A stretch of DNA of 64,000 nucleotides from Octopus vulgaris (Eukaryota). Under the pieces are notes generated by a model. The model did not search any database, had not been told where the DNA came from, and saw nothing but the letters and a program-made list of their open reading frames with translations. Below are positions 29,720-41,892 of the stretch, one piece after another. A program made the translations under genes and the position numbers. Location of the stretch: contig OX597814.1 in NCBI GenBank assembly GCA_951406725.2, positions 16,492,001 to 16,556,000 of the forward strand, written 5' to 3'. How positions within the stretch are numbered: position 1 is the first letter of the stretch; every line of letters starts with the position of its first letter.

Positions 29720-30304
29720 AGCACACACACACACAACTTATTTGGGTTTTTTAGACACTTTTAAGAAAATATATATATCATTTTTACTGTGGAACGCAAA
29801 GTTGAGAAATCTATGAATATCATCTAATATATTGGGCTAAAAGTCACATTAAATAGAAAATTGTCGAAAGCTGTACCTAGAGGAAGCCTTGTATGTAAAG
29901 TCGAGCTTCCACTAACTTCGCGTGCTGAAACTCCACTCTCAAGGTTTGTATTAACACGAGACTGACCAAGAGAACACCTGCCAAAATTACTAATTTGACA
30001 AAGTCGGTGTAACATAATTCTTATTCGTGTACAAATTCACAAATTTCGGTCGTAATGTAAACAGTCGATTAAACTCGACTCATGTACTCTATTTTATCGA
30101 CATGCGAAGTAAGAAATATGAAGATTATGAAGGCGTAATTTGACCTTAAATCTTAAATTGACTGAAAAAAACATCGCTTAAAATTACGGTGCACGTTTTA
30201 CTGATTCTGCTAATCCAGTACTTTAAGCTCAGTCAGAAAAGAAAATAAATGACGCAGTTTTGAACGTCCTAATGTATGTATTGATATTTTAATATATTTC
30301 GTAA

Positions 30305-30505
30305 CGCGGCGAGTAGTTAGAACCGTTAGTACACCGGGAAAGACGTTTGACGGCATTTCGTCTGTCTTTACGTTTTGAATTAAAATTCTATCAAGGTCAA
30401 TTTTGCCTTTCATTCTGGTCGATAAAATAAGAACCATTTGAGCGCTGGGGTTGATACTTATCATTTTCCTGAAATTGCTGGCCTTGTGACAAAATTTGAA
30501 ACTGA
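30305..30505 (+). mobile_element. Diverged SINE family S3
   Basis: GCGGCGAGTAGTTAGAACCGTTAG...TTTGCCTTTCATTCTGGTCGATAAAATAAG. Confidence 0.7.
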
Positions 30506-31725
30506 TATTATATTTTGTATTGTTGAATAATGAACATTTTGCTAATGCTGTTGAAGATATAAATTTGATATATTTGAACACCGCAATCAATTCATTTCAA
30601 AAATTATTCTATTTTACTATTAAATATAGGAATTGGTGCCTGTATAAGTAAAATATAGTCATTTGCCACCACTGTTGATATACGCTATCTTAATAATTGT
30701 TATCGACCTAGTGGTGAGAAGAGTTAGATTACATCATTGTCGTTGTCTCTCCATCATAGTTATGATTAATTTATATGTATTTAAAGAACAGATGTCTTTA
30801 GACTTGCAGTAAATTCAAATAGTCACTTCCAACTATACAATACATAACTTGGGATGTTTGCATATATAATACATAATGGTCATTATCTTCTACTCGCACT
30901 TCTCTTATAAATATCTCAAATATGGTGGACTCGACTAATGACAGCAAACTTCCAGGTGAGCAACAAATGAAAGCAAAATCCTTCGTAAAACGCCAGGTGA
31001 AGCACTAGGCCCTACCTCATTGACGAAAGAGCAATACACAAAATAAAAAAAAGTCCGATATATACGCAAGTTTCTGCAACTATCGAGCAGAAAATGAAGC
31101 TGCAAAAAAGATAAAAGGAACCGATGAGGTGCAACAAGTATGATATGAAATACTGAAGGGTTTCTAAATGAGAAATTTAGAACACATTAGCTGATAGGAG
31201 AACTAGCTAATATATATAGCTGTCAGCAACAGTAAGAAGTTGCATATCAATCACAGCCGAGAAACTTCCAAGTATAAAGAAACATTCATCAACATCATAA
31301 CGAAATTTGATCTTCAAAATACAGAATGAAATTAAAAACAGCAACTTAAACATGATCAAGTGGAATTTGTTTCAACCCCACTGAAAAACTGTATTGTAAT
31401 GATATAAAAATTAAGGTACCCTGTGTATACAAATTACTTAAGTATTTTGAAACCTATGACATGTGTTGCAGTAAAATCAAAACTTGAGAGTTATTGGGAA
31501 AAGTTTCATCGAAGCGATGGCGTATAATATTAGTCATCGACATCAGTATAGTGCTGGAATCTGTGTATATTACGGCGTGTATATACTTCAGATTGTTAAT
31601 GTGTTGAATATACATATGAATTTATGAATTATTTGTATTTTTGTTGCCATTCTATCACACATTTCTCTGTGTGTATAATCATCTCTCTCACTCTCTCGCT
31701 TTGTTTCTCTCTCTTTGTTTGTTTG

Positions 31726-31758
<33 letters not shown>

Positions 31759-33772
31759 ATTCATACACACATAAGAGCGCGCAAAAACACTCACGCACAC
31801 ACACACAAACACACACAAACACACACACTTGAATGTGTTTGTATGTGCGTGTTTGTGTGCGGGCGGGCGTGTCTGCTGAGTCTGGAGGAAATTGTAAAGC
31901 ACTTTGTCCTTGCAGAAGGACATCGAGACTGTTGTGATTGATGTTATAAACCGATGCAGGTCAACACTTGCAGGAACAATGTGAGCATGAAGTAGCTTCC
32001 AATAGGTCGATGGTCGGTGTTTGGGAATAAAGAATTGGATATGGTGATTAGCGTCGGGACAGGGCAAGGCCTGTTGGTTGGAACAAATATTACAAATAAC
32101 TCAGCTACAGGCCCCGACATGTACCCCGCTAGAGTCTTGCAACAACACCATTACCAAATGGCATTCAACGTAGCTATTTTCTCGACGAAATCACAGAACA
32201 CTGGTTATATTTCCGATTATTTCGTATCCCGGTCGATAACCCAGTTATCAAAAAGTGCAACAAATTGCTGGCAGGGATTTACTGACGAATCTCACTTCTC
32301 ATATCATCGAATCATTTTCCTTATCTTCTTCATTTTGCTGGCCTGGATCCTTGGATACTATTGTGCTCTGTAGTCTGCCTACACAAAACAAAATAGTATA
32401 AAAATTGAAGCACCCCAGAGATTACAAAAAAGAAAAAAAAAACACGACGTGATAGGTTTTGATCTTTGGAATCGGGTCGAAAAAGCTCAATCTGTATTCC
32501 CTCTAACGCCACTGCAAACGCTATATTATTTGCTTGATGTGGGAAATATTCTACTAGCATTGCCGAAATGAAGTTAATATCAGGTTCAGAATTCATCCTA
32601 GATTTGGATCACGTGCTATCCTTCCTCTATGAAGATTATGATCGAGCAATCCCACAATACTAAGATCAGAATTATTTCACCCGAACTTACCCTGTTCTTT
32701 TAACATAATGTCAACACGTTAGAGAAGAATAATCTTTTAACATCTGAAAGGTCTCGAGATGAGAATTTGCCCGGATATATTGCTGCAAACAGTAACCCTG
32801 CTCAAATAAAGATTGTGAAGCATCATTAAATGTTTTCTGTACAGGTGATGCTTTTAAGTTATCCGTGGCAATTCGGCCGGAATTTATCTAAACACACACA
32901 TGCAGGCACACGCCAACAGACATAAATACGCACTTGTGTACATATGGATGTATGTATGTATCTATTCGTATGCTGCTATCAACTGGTGTCAAATATTGGC
33001 AAGCAAGCGTGATCTTCAGATATTCAGGCGAAGGTGGAGAGACCTGGGCATTGGAGAAGGCTGAAAAGAAATGCTGAAACCTAGCAGCAGGGGTGATGAT
33101 CCCAAAATGAGGCCAAAAATTACAGGTTCGAAACAGCAAGTGGAATCTCTCATTAGTGAATGAGGGAGGTCGAGAAGGAGACCTCGAACGGTGCTATTTC
33201 TCTTATGATAACCCCAGAAAACGTTTGGCGTATGGGGTTCTCGACAAACTGCAGTGGCACATGCAAGCTGTTTCCATGTTTTATGCCTGCCCCACTCTTT
33301 CTCACTCTTTCTCCCTATATATATACATACCTATATATTATATATATAAAACGATATCTCCATGTAAGACCCAAGGTGTAGGAAGATAGTAATCTTCAAA
33401 GAGCCCATAGAAGGTATGAAATTAATTTCAGGAGCAAGAGTAGTTTATTGGCGTGGAAGGTCGTAAATGTTTCCCATATCGAAATTCGATGAATTATTTT
33501 GTCGTTCAGTTAGCAAATAGGGATGCAATGAGTACAAATAAAAATCCAATGTGTATGTATATATGTATAAATACTTATATATGTACATATATATATTGAT
33601 AGAAATGGCAACACAGCAAAATAATGAAAGAGACCTCAATATTATGTATATAGAGGAATTTATCTGTAAATATAATAAGTGACAATTATTTGGTAGCCAT
33701 GATAAAACTCCGAGTTTCGATGTCGGCGCGGAAACCGACGCCGGCTTCTTTTCAGTTATCGATGACCCGATA

Positions 33773-33966
33773 GGTGCAGGAGTGGCAGTGTGGTAAGTAT
33801 CTTGCTTACCAGCCACATGGATGCGGGTTCATTCCCACTGCGTGACACCTTGGACAAGTGTCTTCTATTATTGCCTTGGGCCGACCAAAGCCTTGTGAGT
33901 GGATTCGGTAGATAGAAACTGAAAGAAGCCCATCGTATATAAGCATATATATATAAATATATATAC

Positions 33967-34023
<57 letters not shown>

Positions 34024-34263
34024 TGTGTTTATGCATGTGTGTATATATGGTTGTGTGTCTGTGTTTGTCCCCCCAACATCGCTTGACACCGATGGGTGTG
34101 TTTACGTCCCTGTAACTTAGCGGTTCGGCAAAAGAGACCGATAGAATAAAAAGTAGGTTTCCAAAGAATAAGTCCTGGGGTCGATTTGCTCAACTAAAGG
34201 TTTTGCTCCAGCACGGCCGCAGTCAAATAACTGAAACAAGTAAAAAAGATAACAGAAAAGAGA
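33773..34263 (+). mobile_element. SINE family S1, full length
   Basis: Head GGTGCAGGAGTGGCAGTGTGGTAAG, internal (TA)/(TG)n, tail GCAGTCAAATAACTGAAACAAGT. Confidence 0.92.
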
Positions 34264-34550
34264 ATGATATATATATATATACATACTACATACATACTTA
34301 TATATATATACATATATATATAAAATATGTATGTATGCATGTATGTATATAAATATGGAGGGAAACAAACACAAAGATATATATATATATATATAATAAA
34401 TATAAGAGAGTGGTCACTATATTGATCACTCTAGCACCAGTTAATCCAAAAGGTTTCAACCACGAAAAATACATGTTTCCCATGAAAGCCAGTACGACTG
34501 TTAGTTCACACGGACAGGGCAAATAAAAAATAACAAAAATACAGATTATT

Positions 34551-34626
34551 TTGGGACAATTGTTTCGCTATTAATGAATTAAATGTAATATTACTTACAA
34601 TAATCCATTTGTAGCTCTTCAGCCAA
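34551..34626 (-). ncRNA. Type-I hammerhead ribozyme motif, copy 1
   Basis: Minus strand: helix I UUGG, core CUGAAGA, helix II GCUA...UAGC, GAA, helix III ACAAUUGU (palindrome), C17, helix I CCAA. Predicted GUC cut between 34555 and 34554. Confidence 0.88.
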
Positions 34627-35085
34627 GACTATCTGGATGAAATCCACTTAATCACACGCCAGATTATTACCATAACGATAAATACGCGTGCGGTTCAATT
34701 GATTACATCGGACGTTATAATTCAAATACCCCAACCAACAGCGCGCCAAACTCACACGGAAAACAAATACAGCATTTAGAAATAAATGCAGCATAATTAT
34801 AATTAATTAATAAGGGTGAGATAATTAGATACTAATTTAATAGTATATTTATTCCACACCAAGTGGCCTAGTGCTACGAGAAACCTGGATTATTATAATA
34901 TTTTATAACATATTATAATATTTTCACAAAATAAATATAAGAGAGTGGTCACTATATTGATCACTCTAGCACCAGTTAATCCAAAAGGTTTCAACCACGA
35001 AAAATACATGTTTCCCATGAAAGCCAGTACGACTGTTAGTTCACACGGACAGGGCAAATAAAAAATAACAAAAATACAGATTATT

Positions 35086-35161
35086 TTGGGACAATTGTTT
35101 CGCTATTAATGAATTAAATGTAATATTACTTACAATAATCCATTTGTAGCTCTTCAGCCAA
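35086..35161 (-). ncRNA. Type-I hammerhead ribozyme motif, copy 2
   Basis: Identical to copy 1. Confidence 0.88.
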
Positions 35162-35617
35162 GACTATCTGGATGAAATCCACTCAATCACACGCCAGATT
35201 ATTACCATAACGATAAATACGCGTGCGGTTCAATTGATTACATCGGACGTTATAATTCAAATGCCCCAACCAACAGCGCGCCAAACTCACACGGAAAACA
35301 AATACAGCATTTAGAAATAAATGCAGCATAATTATAATTAATTAATAAGGGTGAGAGAATTAGATACTAATTTAATAGTATATTTATTCCACACCAAGTG
35401 GCCTAGTGCTACGAGAAACCTGGATTATTATAATATTTTATAACATATAATATTTTCACAAAATAAATATAAGAGAGTGGTCACTATATTGATCACTCTA
35501 GCACCAGTTAATCCAAAAGGTTTCAACCACGAAAAATACATGTTTCCCATGAAAGCCAGTACGACTGTTAGTTCACACGGACAGGGCAAATAAAAAATAA
35601 CAAAAATACAGATTATT

Positions 35618-35693
35618 TTGGGACAATTGTTTCGCTATTAATGAATTAAATGTAATATTACTTACAATAATCCATTTGTAGCTCTTCAGCCAA
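35618..35693 (-). ncRNA. Type-I hammerhead ribozyme motif, copy 3
   Basis: Identical to copy 1. Confidence 0.88.
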
Positions 35694-36152
35694 GACTATC
35701 TGGATGAAATCCACTCAATCACACGCCAGATTATTACCATAACGATAAATACGCGTGCGGTTCAATTGATTACATCGGACGTTATAATTCAAATGCCCCA
35801 ACCAACAGCGCGCCAAACTCACACGGAAAACAAATACAGCATTTAGAAATAAATGCAGCATAATTATAATTAATTAATAAGGGTGAGAGAATTAGATACT
35901 AATTTAATAGTATATTTATTCCACACCAAGTGGCCTAGTGCTACGAGAAACCTGGATTATTATAATATTTTATAACATATTATAATATTTTCACAAAATA
36001 AATATAAGAGAGTGGTCACTATATTGATCACTCTAGCACCAGTTAATCCAAAAGGTTTCAACCACGAAAAATACATGTTTCCCATGAAAGCCAGTACGAC
36101 TGTTAGTTCACACGGACAGGGCAAATAAAAAATAACAAAAATACAGATTATT

Positions 36153-36228
36153 TTGGGACAATTGTTTCGCTATTAATGAATTAAATGTAATATTACTTAC
36201 AATAATCCATTTGTAGCTCTTCAGCCAA
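36153..36228 (-). ncRNA. Type-I hammerhead ribozyme motif, copy 4
   Basis: Identical to copy 1. Confidence 0.88.
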
Positions 36229-36687
36229 GACTATCTGGATGAAATCCACTCAATCACACGCCAGATTATTACCATAACGATAAATACGCGTGCGGTTCAA
36301 TTGATTACATCGGACGTTATAATTCAAATACCCCAACCAACAGCGCGCCAAACTCACACGGAAAACAAATACAGCATTTAGAAATAAATGCAGCATAATT
36401 ATAATTAATTAATAAGGGTGAGAGAATTAGATACTAATTTAATAGTATATTTATTCCACACCAAGTGGCCTAGTGCTACGAGAAACCTGGATTATTATAA
36501 TATTTTATAACATATTATAATATTTTCACAAAATAAATATAAGAGAGTGGTCACTATATTGATCACTCTAGCACCAGTTAATCCAAAAGGTTTCAACCAC
36601 GAAAAATACATGTTTCCCATGAAAGCCAGTACGACTGTTAGCTCACACGGACAGGGCAAATAAAAAATAACAAAAATACAGATTATT

Positions 36688-36763
36688 TTGGGACAATTGT
36701 TTCGCTATTAATGAATTAAATGTAATATTACTTACAATAATCCATTTGTAGCTCTTCAGCCAA
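36688..36763 (-). ncRNA. Type-I hammerhead ribozyme motif, copy 5
   Basis: Identical to copy 1. Confidence 0.88.
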
Positions 36764-36820
36764 GACTATCTGGATGAAATCCACTCAATCACACGCCAGA
36801 TTATTACCATAACGATAAAT

Positions 36821-37375
36821 ACCCTTATTAATTAATTATAATTATGCTGCATTTATTTCTAAATGCTGTATTTGTTTTCCGTGTGAGTTTGGCGCGCTGT
36901 TGGTTGGGGCATTTGAATTATAACGTCCGATGTAATCAATTGAACCGCACGCGTATTTATCGTTATGGTAATAATCTGGCGTGTGATTGAGTGGATTTCA
37001 TCCAGATAGTCTTGGCTGAAGAGCTACAAATGGATTATTGTAAGTAATATTACATTTAATTCATTAATAGCGAAACAATTGTCCCAAAATAATCTGTATT
37101 TTTGTTATTTTTTATTTGCCCTGTCCGTGTGAACTAACAGTCGTACTGGCTTTCATGGGAAACATGTATTTTTCGTGGTTGAAACCTTTTGGATTAACTG
37201 GTGCTAGAGTGATCAATATAGTGACCACTCTCTTATATTTATTTTGTGAAAATATTATAATATGTTATAAAATATTATAATAATCCAGGTTTCTCGTAGC
37301 ACTAGGCCACTTGGTGTGGAATAAATATACTATTAAATTAGTATCTAATTCTCTCACCCTTATTAATTAATTATA
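36821..37375 (+). repeat. Inverted copy of one full 535-bp unit plus a 20-bp terminal redundancy
   Basis: Reverse complement of the array unit. ACCCTTATTAATTAATTATA occurs at 36821 and again at 37356, then (TA)n. Confidence 0.97.
37012..37087 (+). ncRNA. Type-I hammerhead ribozyme motif, copy 6 (plus strand)
   Basis: TTGG CTGAAGA GCTA...TAGC GAA ACAATTGT C CCAA; predicted cut after 37083. Confidence 0.88.
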
Positions 37376-37566
37376 TATATATATATATATATATAGGTTA
37401 TGTTACTTATATCAATAAGTGCATTTATGATAGTCTTCGTGGAACTATAATTATTTGTATCTACTAACAACTAGTGTAGCGATACTTTTGAATGTTTGAG
37501 AGAAAATATTACTGCTAAGGGGAGAGCCTTTCTATATATGTATACATACATGCATACATATTTATA

Positions 37567-37612
<46 letters not shown>

Positions 37613-38030
37613 GTATGTATACATGTATATCAAAGTGTATTTTTGTATGTGAGTGTCCCTTTTGTAAGTTTGTGCGTTTATGCGGGGAGTATGTGTAGTC
37701 GTGAACACACTTAGGCACTCGTCATATAAAAATAAAACAAATGCAAGAACAAAAAAACAACAACAACAAAAAGACACGCATCGGCATAAAAAAAAACACA
37801 ACGAATAAAACAAAAAGAATAACGAAAGGCAACAAATATAATACAAGAACAATACAAATAACATGATAAACAACAACATCAATAATAACAATGAAAAGAA
37901 CAAAAAAAAACGAAAAAGAAAAAATAAAGCCAAAACAGTTGTTAGCCATTTTGGCAGATTTTCGTTTATTTTAGAGAGTAGATGTAATAAAACTCAGCTC
38001 GTCTGGAAATCCGTTTGTTGAAGTCGAGAC

Positions 38031-38048
38031 TGTCGCTAGATGGCGTCA
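38031..38048 (+). promoter_or_regulatory. CTCF-like motif
   Basis: TGTCGCTAGATGGCGTCA resembles the CTCF core consensus. Motif match only. Confidence 0.3.
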
Positions 38049-38153
38049 GTCTTGCTAAAGTCCGCTTCTCATATCTCATTTCATTTTAGCTCCTGAATAC
38101 CTCCAAGACGTGCACATACTGAATGGTTCGCTTATATATATATATACACGTCT

Positions 38154-38212
<59 letters not shown>

Positions 38213-38217
38213 CATAT

Positions 38218-38500
<283 letters not shown>

Positions 38501-38516
38501 TATATATAATATATAA

Positions 38517-38558
<42 letters not shown>

Positions 38559-38650
38559 CATATTTTATCAAACGTACATATACACATATACGTACTACGT
38601 ATATACATTTGCATGAATTTGTATTCATATTTATATACATATATACATAC

Positions 38651-38692
<42 letters not shown>

Positions 38693-40860
38693 TGTGTATG
38701 TGTGTGTGTGTGTTTGTGTGTTTGTGTGTGTGTGTGCGTGTGTGTGTGTGTGTGTGTGTTTGTGTATAAAAAAGAACGAGAGAGAGATGCGGAGAGAAAA
38801 AGAGTTTGATGGAGGGAGAAGATCGTCAAAAATATTTAAAAAGATATAGATGGGGAACAGAGACTGAGATTGGTGTTATGCATATATATTCATGTATATT
38901 ACTTATATCTACAAATTCTAGTTTTGTTTAAGGTTGCATATACATCTTTATACTACGACTGAATACATTTTAATTGCAGTGCATATGTATGAGTGAGTGT
39001 ATGTTTATGTATATCGAGAAAGAGAATGAGTGACAGAAGAATAACGAATAAAATGTGTTATCTTCTTCTGTCTGCTTAACTTGTACATCGGTATATGAAT
39101 GAATTAATAGCTGTGTGTGTGTATGAATGTATGTATATATGTTTCGGTAGTACTTTTCGTAGCTGATCTTTTATTGGACCGGACGTATGCCAATATAGGC
39201 GTACTGTTACTAAATTCCACATATACACTCTCTATGACATCCACATAATATCAGAAGCGTCTAAAACATAAATGCCGAGGAAAATAAAAAGATAACTTAT
39301 ATCAATACATGATTATCATTCATTTATATTTTACCAATTCTTGGAGACTACTCAGGATATATTTCTGACTTATTCTGAGTTCATTATCAGTCGATTTCAT
39401 CCATGCCTTAGATTCTTTGCAGGTACAGTCGCTAAAATAATGTATATAAATTACAAGCCAACGAGGAACCTTTATATATTAGTTTCATCTCCTAAGAATA
39501 GCAACACATTTCCCTTAGAATTACACTCTCTTCTTTAAATTACATAATGACTTATCGGATAACGTAGTCCCAGATAAACAATACCTAGAAAATCAACGTA
39601 AAATCATCGCTAGAAAGCTTTTTATCAGAAGCCTACATTATCAGGGATGACTCAGGGTTAAATAACAACAACATTTATTAATTTCGTTTTTCCGGCATGT
39701 ACAGGAGACAACGCCGGATATATTCCAACCTTAATCTGACTTAAGAAAACAAAATAGAAGAAATCTAATTGAGAAAACCACCTTGTTAGTAATGCTTGAA
39801 TAATTGATTAATGCGTTGAAGGAAAAAATAACAAAGAACAATAAAAACTAAAGTAACCAAACAATAGTTGCAAAATCAATAAAACCTTTTGGGCATTTGT
39901 ATTCTTGTAAGGAATTACAGTTACAAGAGTAAAAAAAAATAAAAATGAAAAGAAAAAAAACAATGTCAAATTGAACTATATTTTCTGAAATTACAATTCA
40001 GTACTAACTGGTGCTAAAATTATTTGGAAATAGATAGTTCTTCTTCAAATCTTGTTGCAACAAAGATATGTTTCTCAGGGCCCCTTCGTGCATCTCTGCT
40101 GACGTTACTTTTGGTAGGTCCTTAATATAATACTGAATTTTAAATCATTAGTTTTCCGAGTCATGCAAAATCGTTATTTATCTCTCGTTAGCTTCTGTTT
40201 AATGATTTAGAAAGAAATATTTTTTATGGATAAATGATACTACAGAAAAATCATGTAAGTTATATAAGAGAACTATTTTTGTGTAGTCCATTTAGGTTCT
40301 CATTCTGCAGACACAAAATGCTAGTGCTTTGACCAAATCAATCACGTATACTTTAAAATACTTAGTACCTAAGAAAGTTTTTTTATACAATTCAATTATA
40401 AACGTAAATATGATTGATGTTTTTAAGCATAAGATGGTTGAGATACACTGGTCGAAGGAGAATTTTTCTGTCTTAACCAGTTTTGCTGCTTATGTCTTTC
40501 CATACCTGACTGTAGACGAAAATTTTAAAAAAGGTTGCATACGCCTATTCAAGGGTGTAAATCACTTGTGAACTGATCATCAACTAAGGCAGAACACAAA
40601 GAGGAAGTGCTATGAATATGTAAGGAAGCGAAGAATGACAAATGAATAAAAGCAAACCATTTTTTAATTATCAAAACCTGGAGCCAAGTTTTCAAATATC
40701 CTGATGGGCATTTCTGTTTTTGAGCAATACAGGAAAGAGGGAAACGCAAAGTACAAATATCTTGAAGTTGTAATGAGACATATCTAAGTGAAAAGTGTAC
40801 CAATAATAACTGAAGCACGAGGTACTTGCTACCACATATATAATACAACTTCTACATCTA

Positions 40861-41290
40861 GGTGTAGGAGTGGCTGTGTGGTAAGTAGCTATAGGCATAG
40901 GAGTGGTTGTGTGGTAAGTAGCTTGCTTACCAACCACCTGGTTCCGGGTTCAGTCCCACTGCGTGGCACCTTAGGTTAGTATCTTCTACTATAACCACAG
41001 GTCGATCAAAGCCTTATGAATGGATTTGGTATACAGAAACTGAAAGAAGCCTGTCGTATATATGGATATATATATGTGTATGTGTGCGTATATGTTTGTG
41101 TGTCTGTGTTTGTCCCCCGACATTGCTTGACAACCGATGCTGGTGTGTTTACGACCTCGCAACTTAACATTTCGGCAAAAGAGACCGATAGAATAAGTAC
41201 TAGGCTTACAATGAATGTCTTGGGGTCAATTTGTTCGTCTAGAGGCGGTGCTCCAGCATGGCCACAGTCAAATGAATGAAACAAATAAGA
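40861..41290 (+). mobile_element. SINE family S1 with duplicated 33-bp head
   Basis: GG(T/C)RTAGGAGTGG(C/T)TGTGTGGTAAGTAGCT occurs twice, at 40861 and 40894. Confidence 0.9.
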
Positions 41291-41572
41291 GTATCTTATA
41301 CTATGCAAACTCAAGTAGCAACCATAAAACACATGACAATAATCATATCAGATACGAATTTCAAACATCACTTAACGCATAATGTATTTAATGCGCACAG
41401 GAAAATAATAAAAATTAAACCAGAAGCAAGAAACTAAATCGCCGAAGAAAGAAAACAACACTCAATAGTGGTCAAATAATTTGAACTTACACTCCGAAAT
41501 CTTTTCCGAGGTGAGCTTGCATCATTATCTCTCTCTCTCTCTCTCTAACTCCATTTCTCTCTCTCTAACTTC

Positions 41573-41611
<39 letters not shown>

Positions 41612-41633
41612 ACATATATATATATATATATAT

Positions 41634-41842
41634 CGCCATGTTGATTCGCTAGCTTCTGCACGCATATTTCTCTCTCCTTGTTTCTCTCCGTGTTTCTTTT
41701 CTGTGTATCTTTCTGTTGAAGAGCGTAGGCTCGAAACGTAAAAGACTTGTTTTATTTATATTCCTGAGCGCCATACTAATACAATTGTTTGTTTGTATTC
41801 CACCTGCCTTCGTCTTTTGTTTATTTTCATAAAGCTTCCCGT

Positions 41843-41845
<3 letters not shown>
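41634..41845 (+). mobile_element. Family A short element between (TA)n tracts (motif 41708-41745)
   Basis: TCTTT CTGTTGAA GAGC GTAG GCTC GAAACGTA AAAGA. Confidence 0.75.

Positions 41846-41883
<38 letters not shown>

Positions 41884-41892
<9 letters not shown>

Larger units (their letters stand above)
34395..36822 (-). repeat. Tandem array of 535-bp units (about 4.5 copies), each with a hammerhead ribozyme on the minus strand
   Basis: TGGTCACTAT recurs at 34411, 34946, 35478, 36013 and 36548 (periods 535, 532, 535, 535). Only a handful of differences between units. Confidence 0.97.

Noticed and set aside
34298-34522. WLKPFGLT as a GIY-YIG endonuclease C-terminus
   Set aside because: Too short, lies downstream of the ribozyme, and the ORF runs into microsatellite; likely chance.
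34395-36822. CRISPR array or coding tandem repeat
   Set aside because: Units are 535 bp with no unique spacers, the context is eukaryotic, and no ORF spans the unit.
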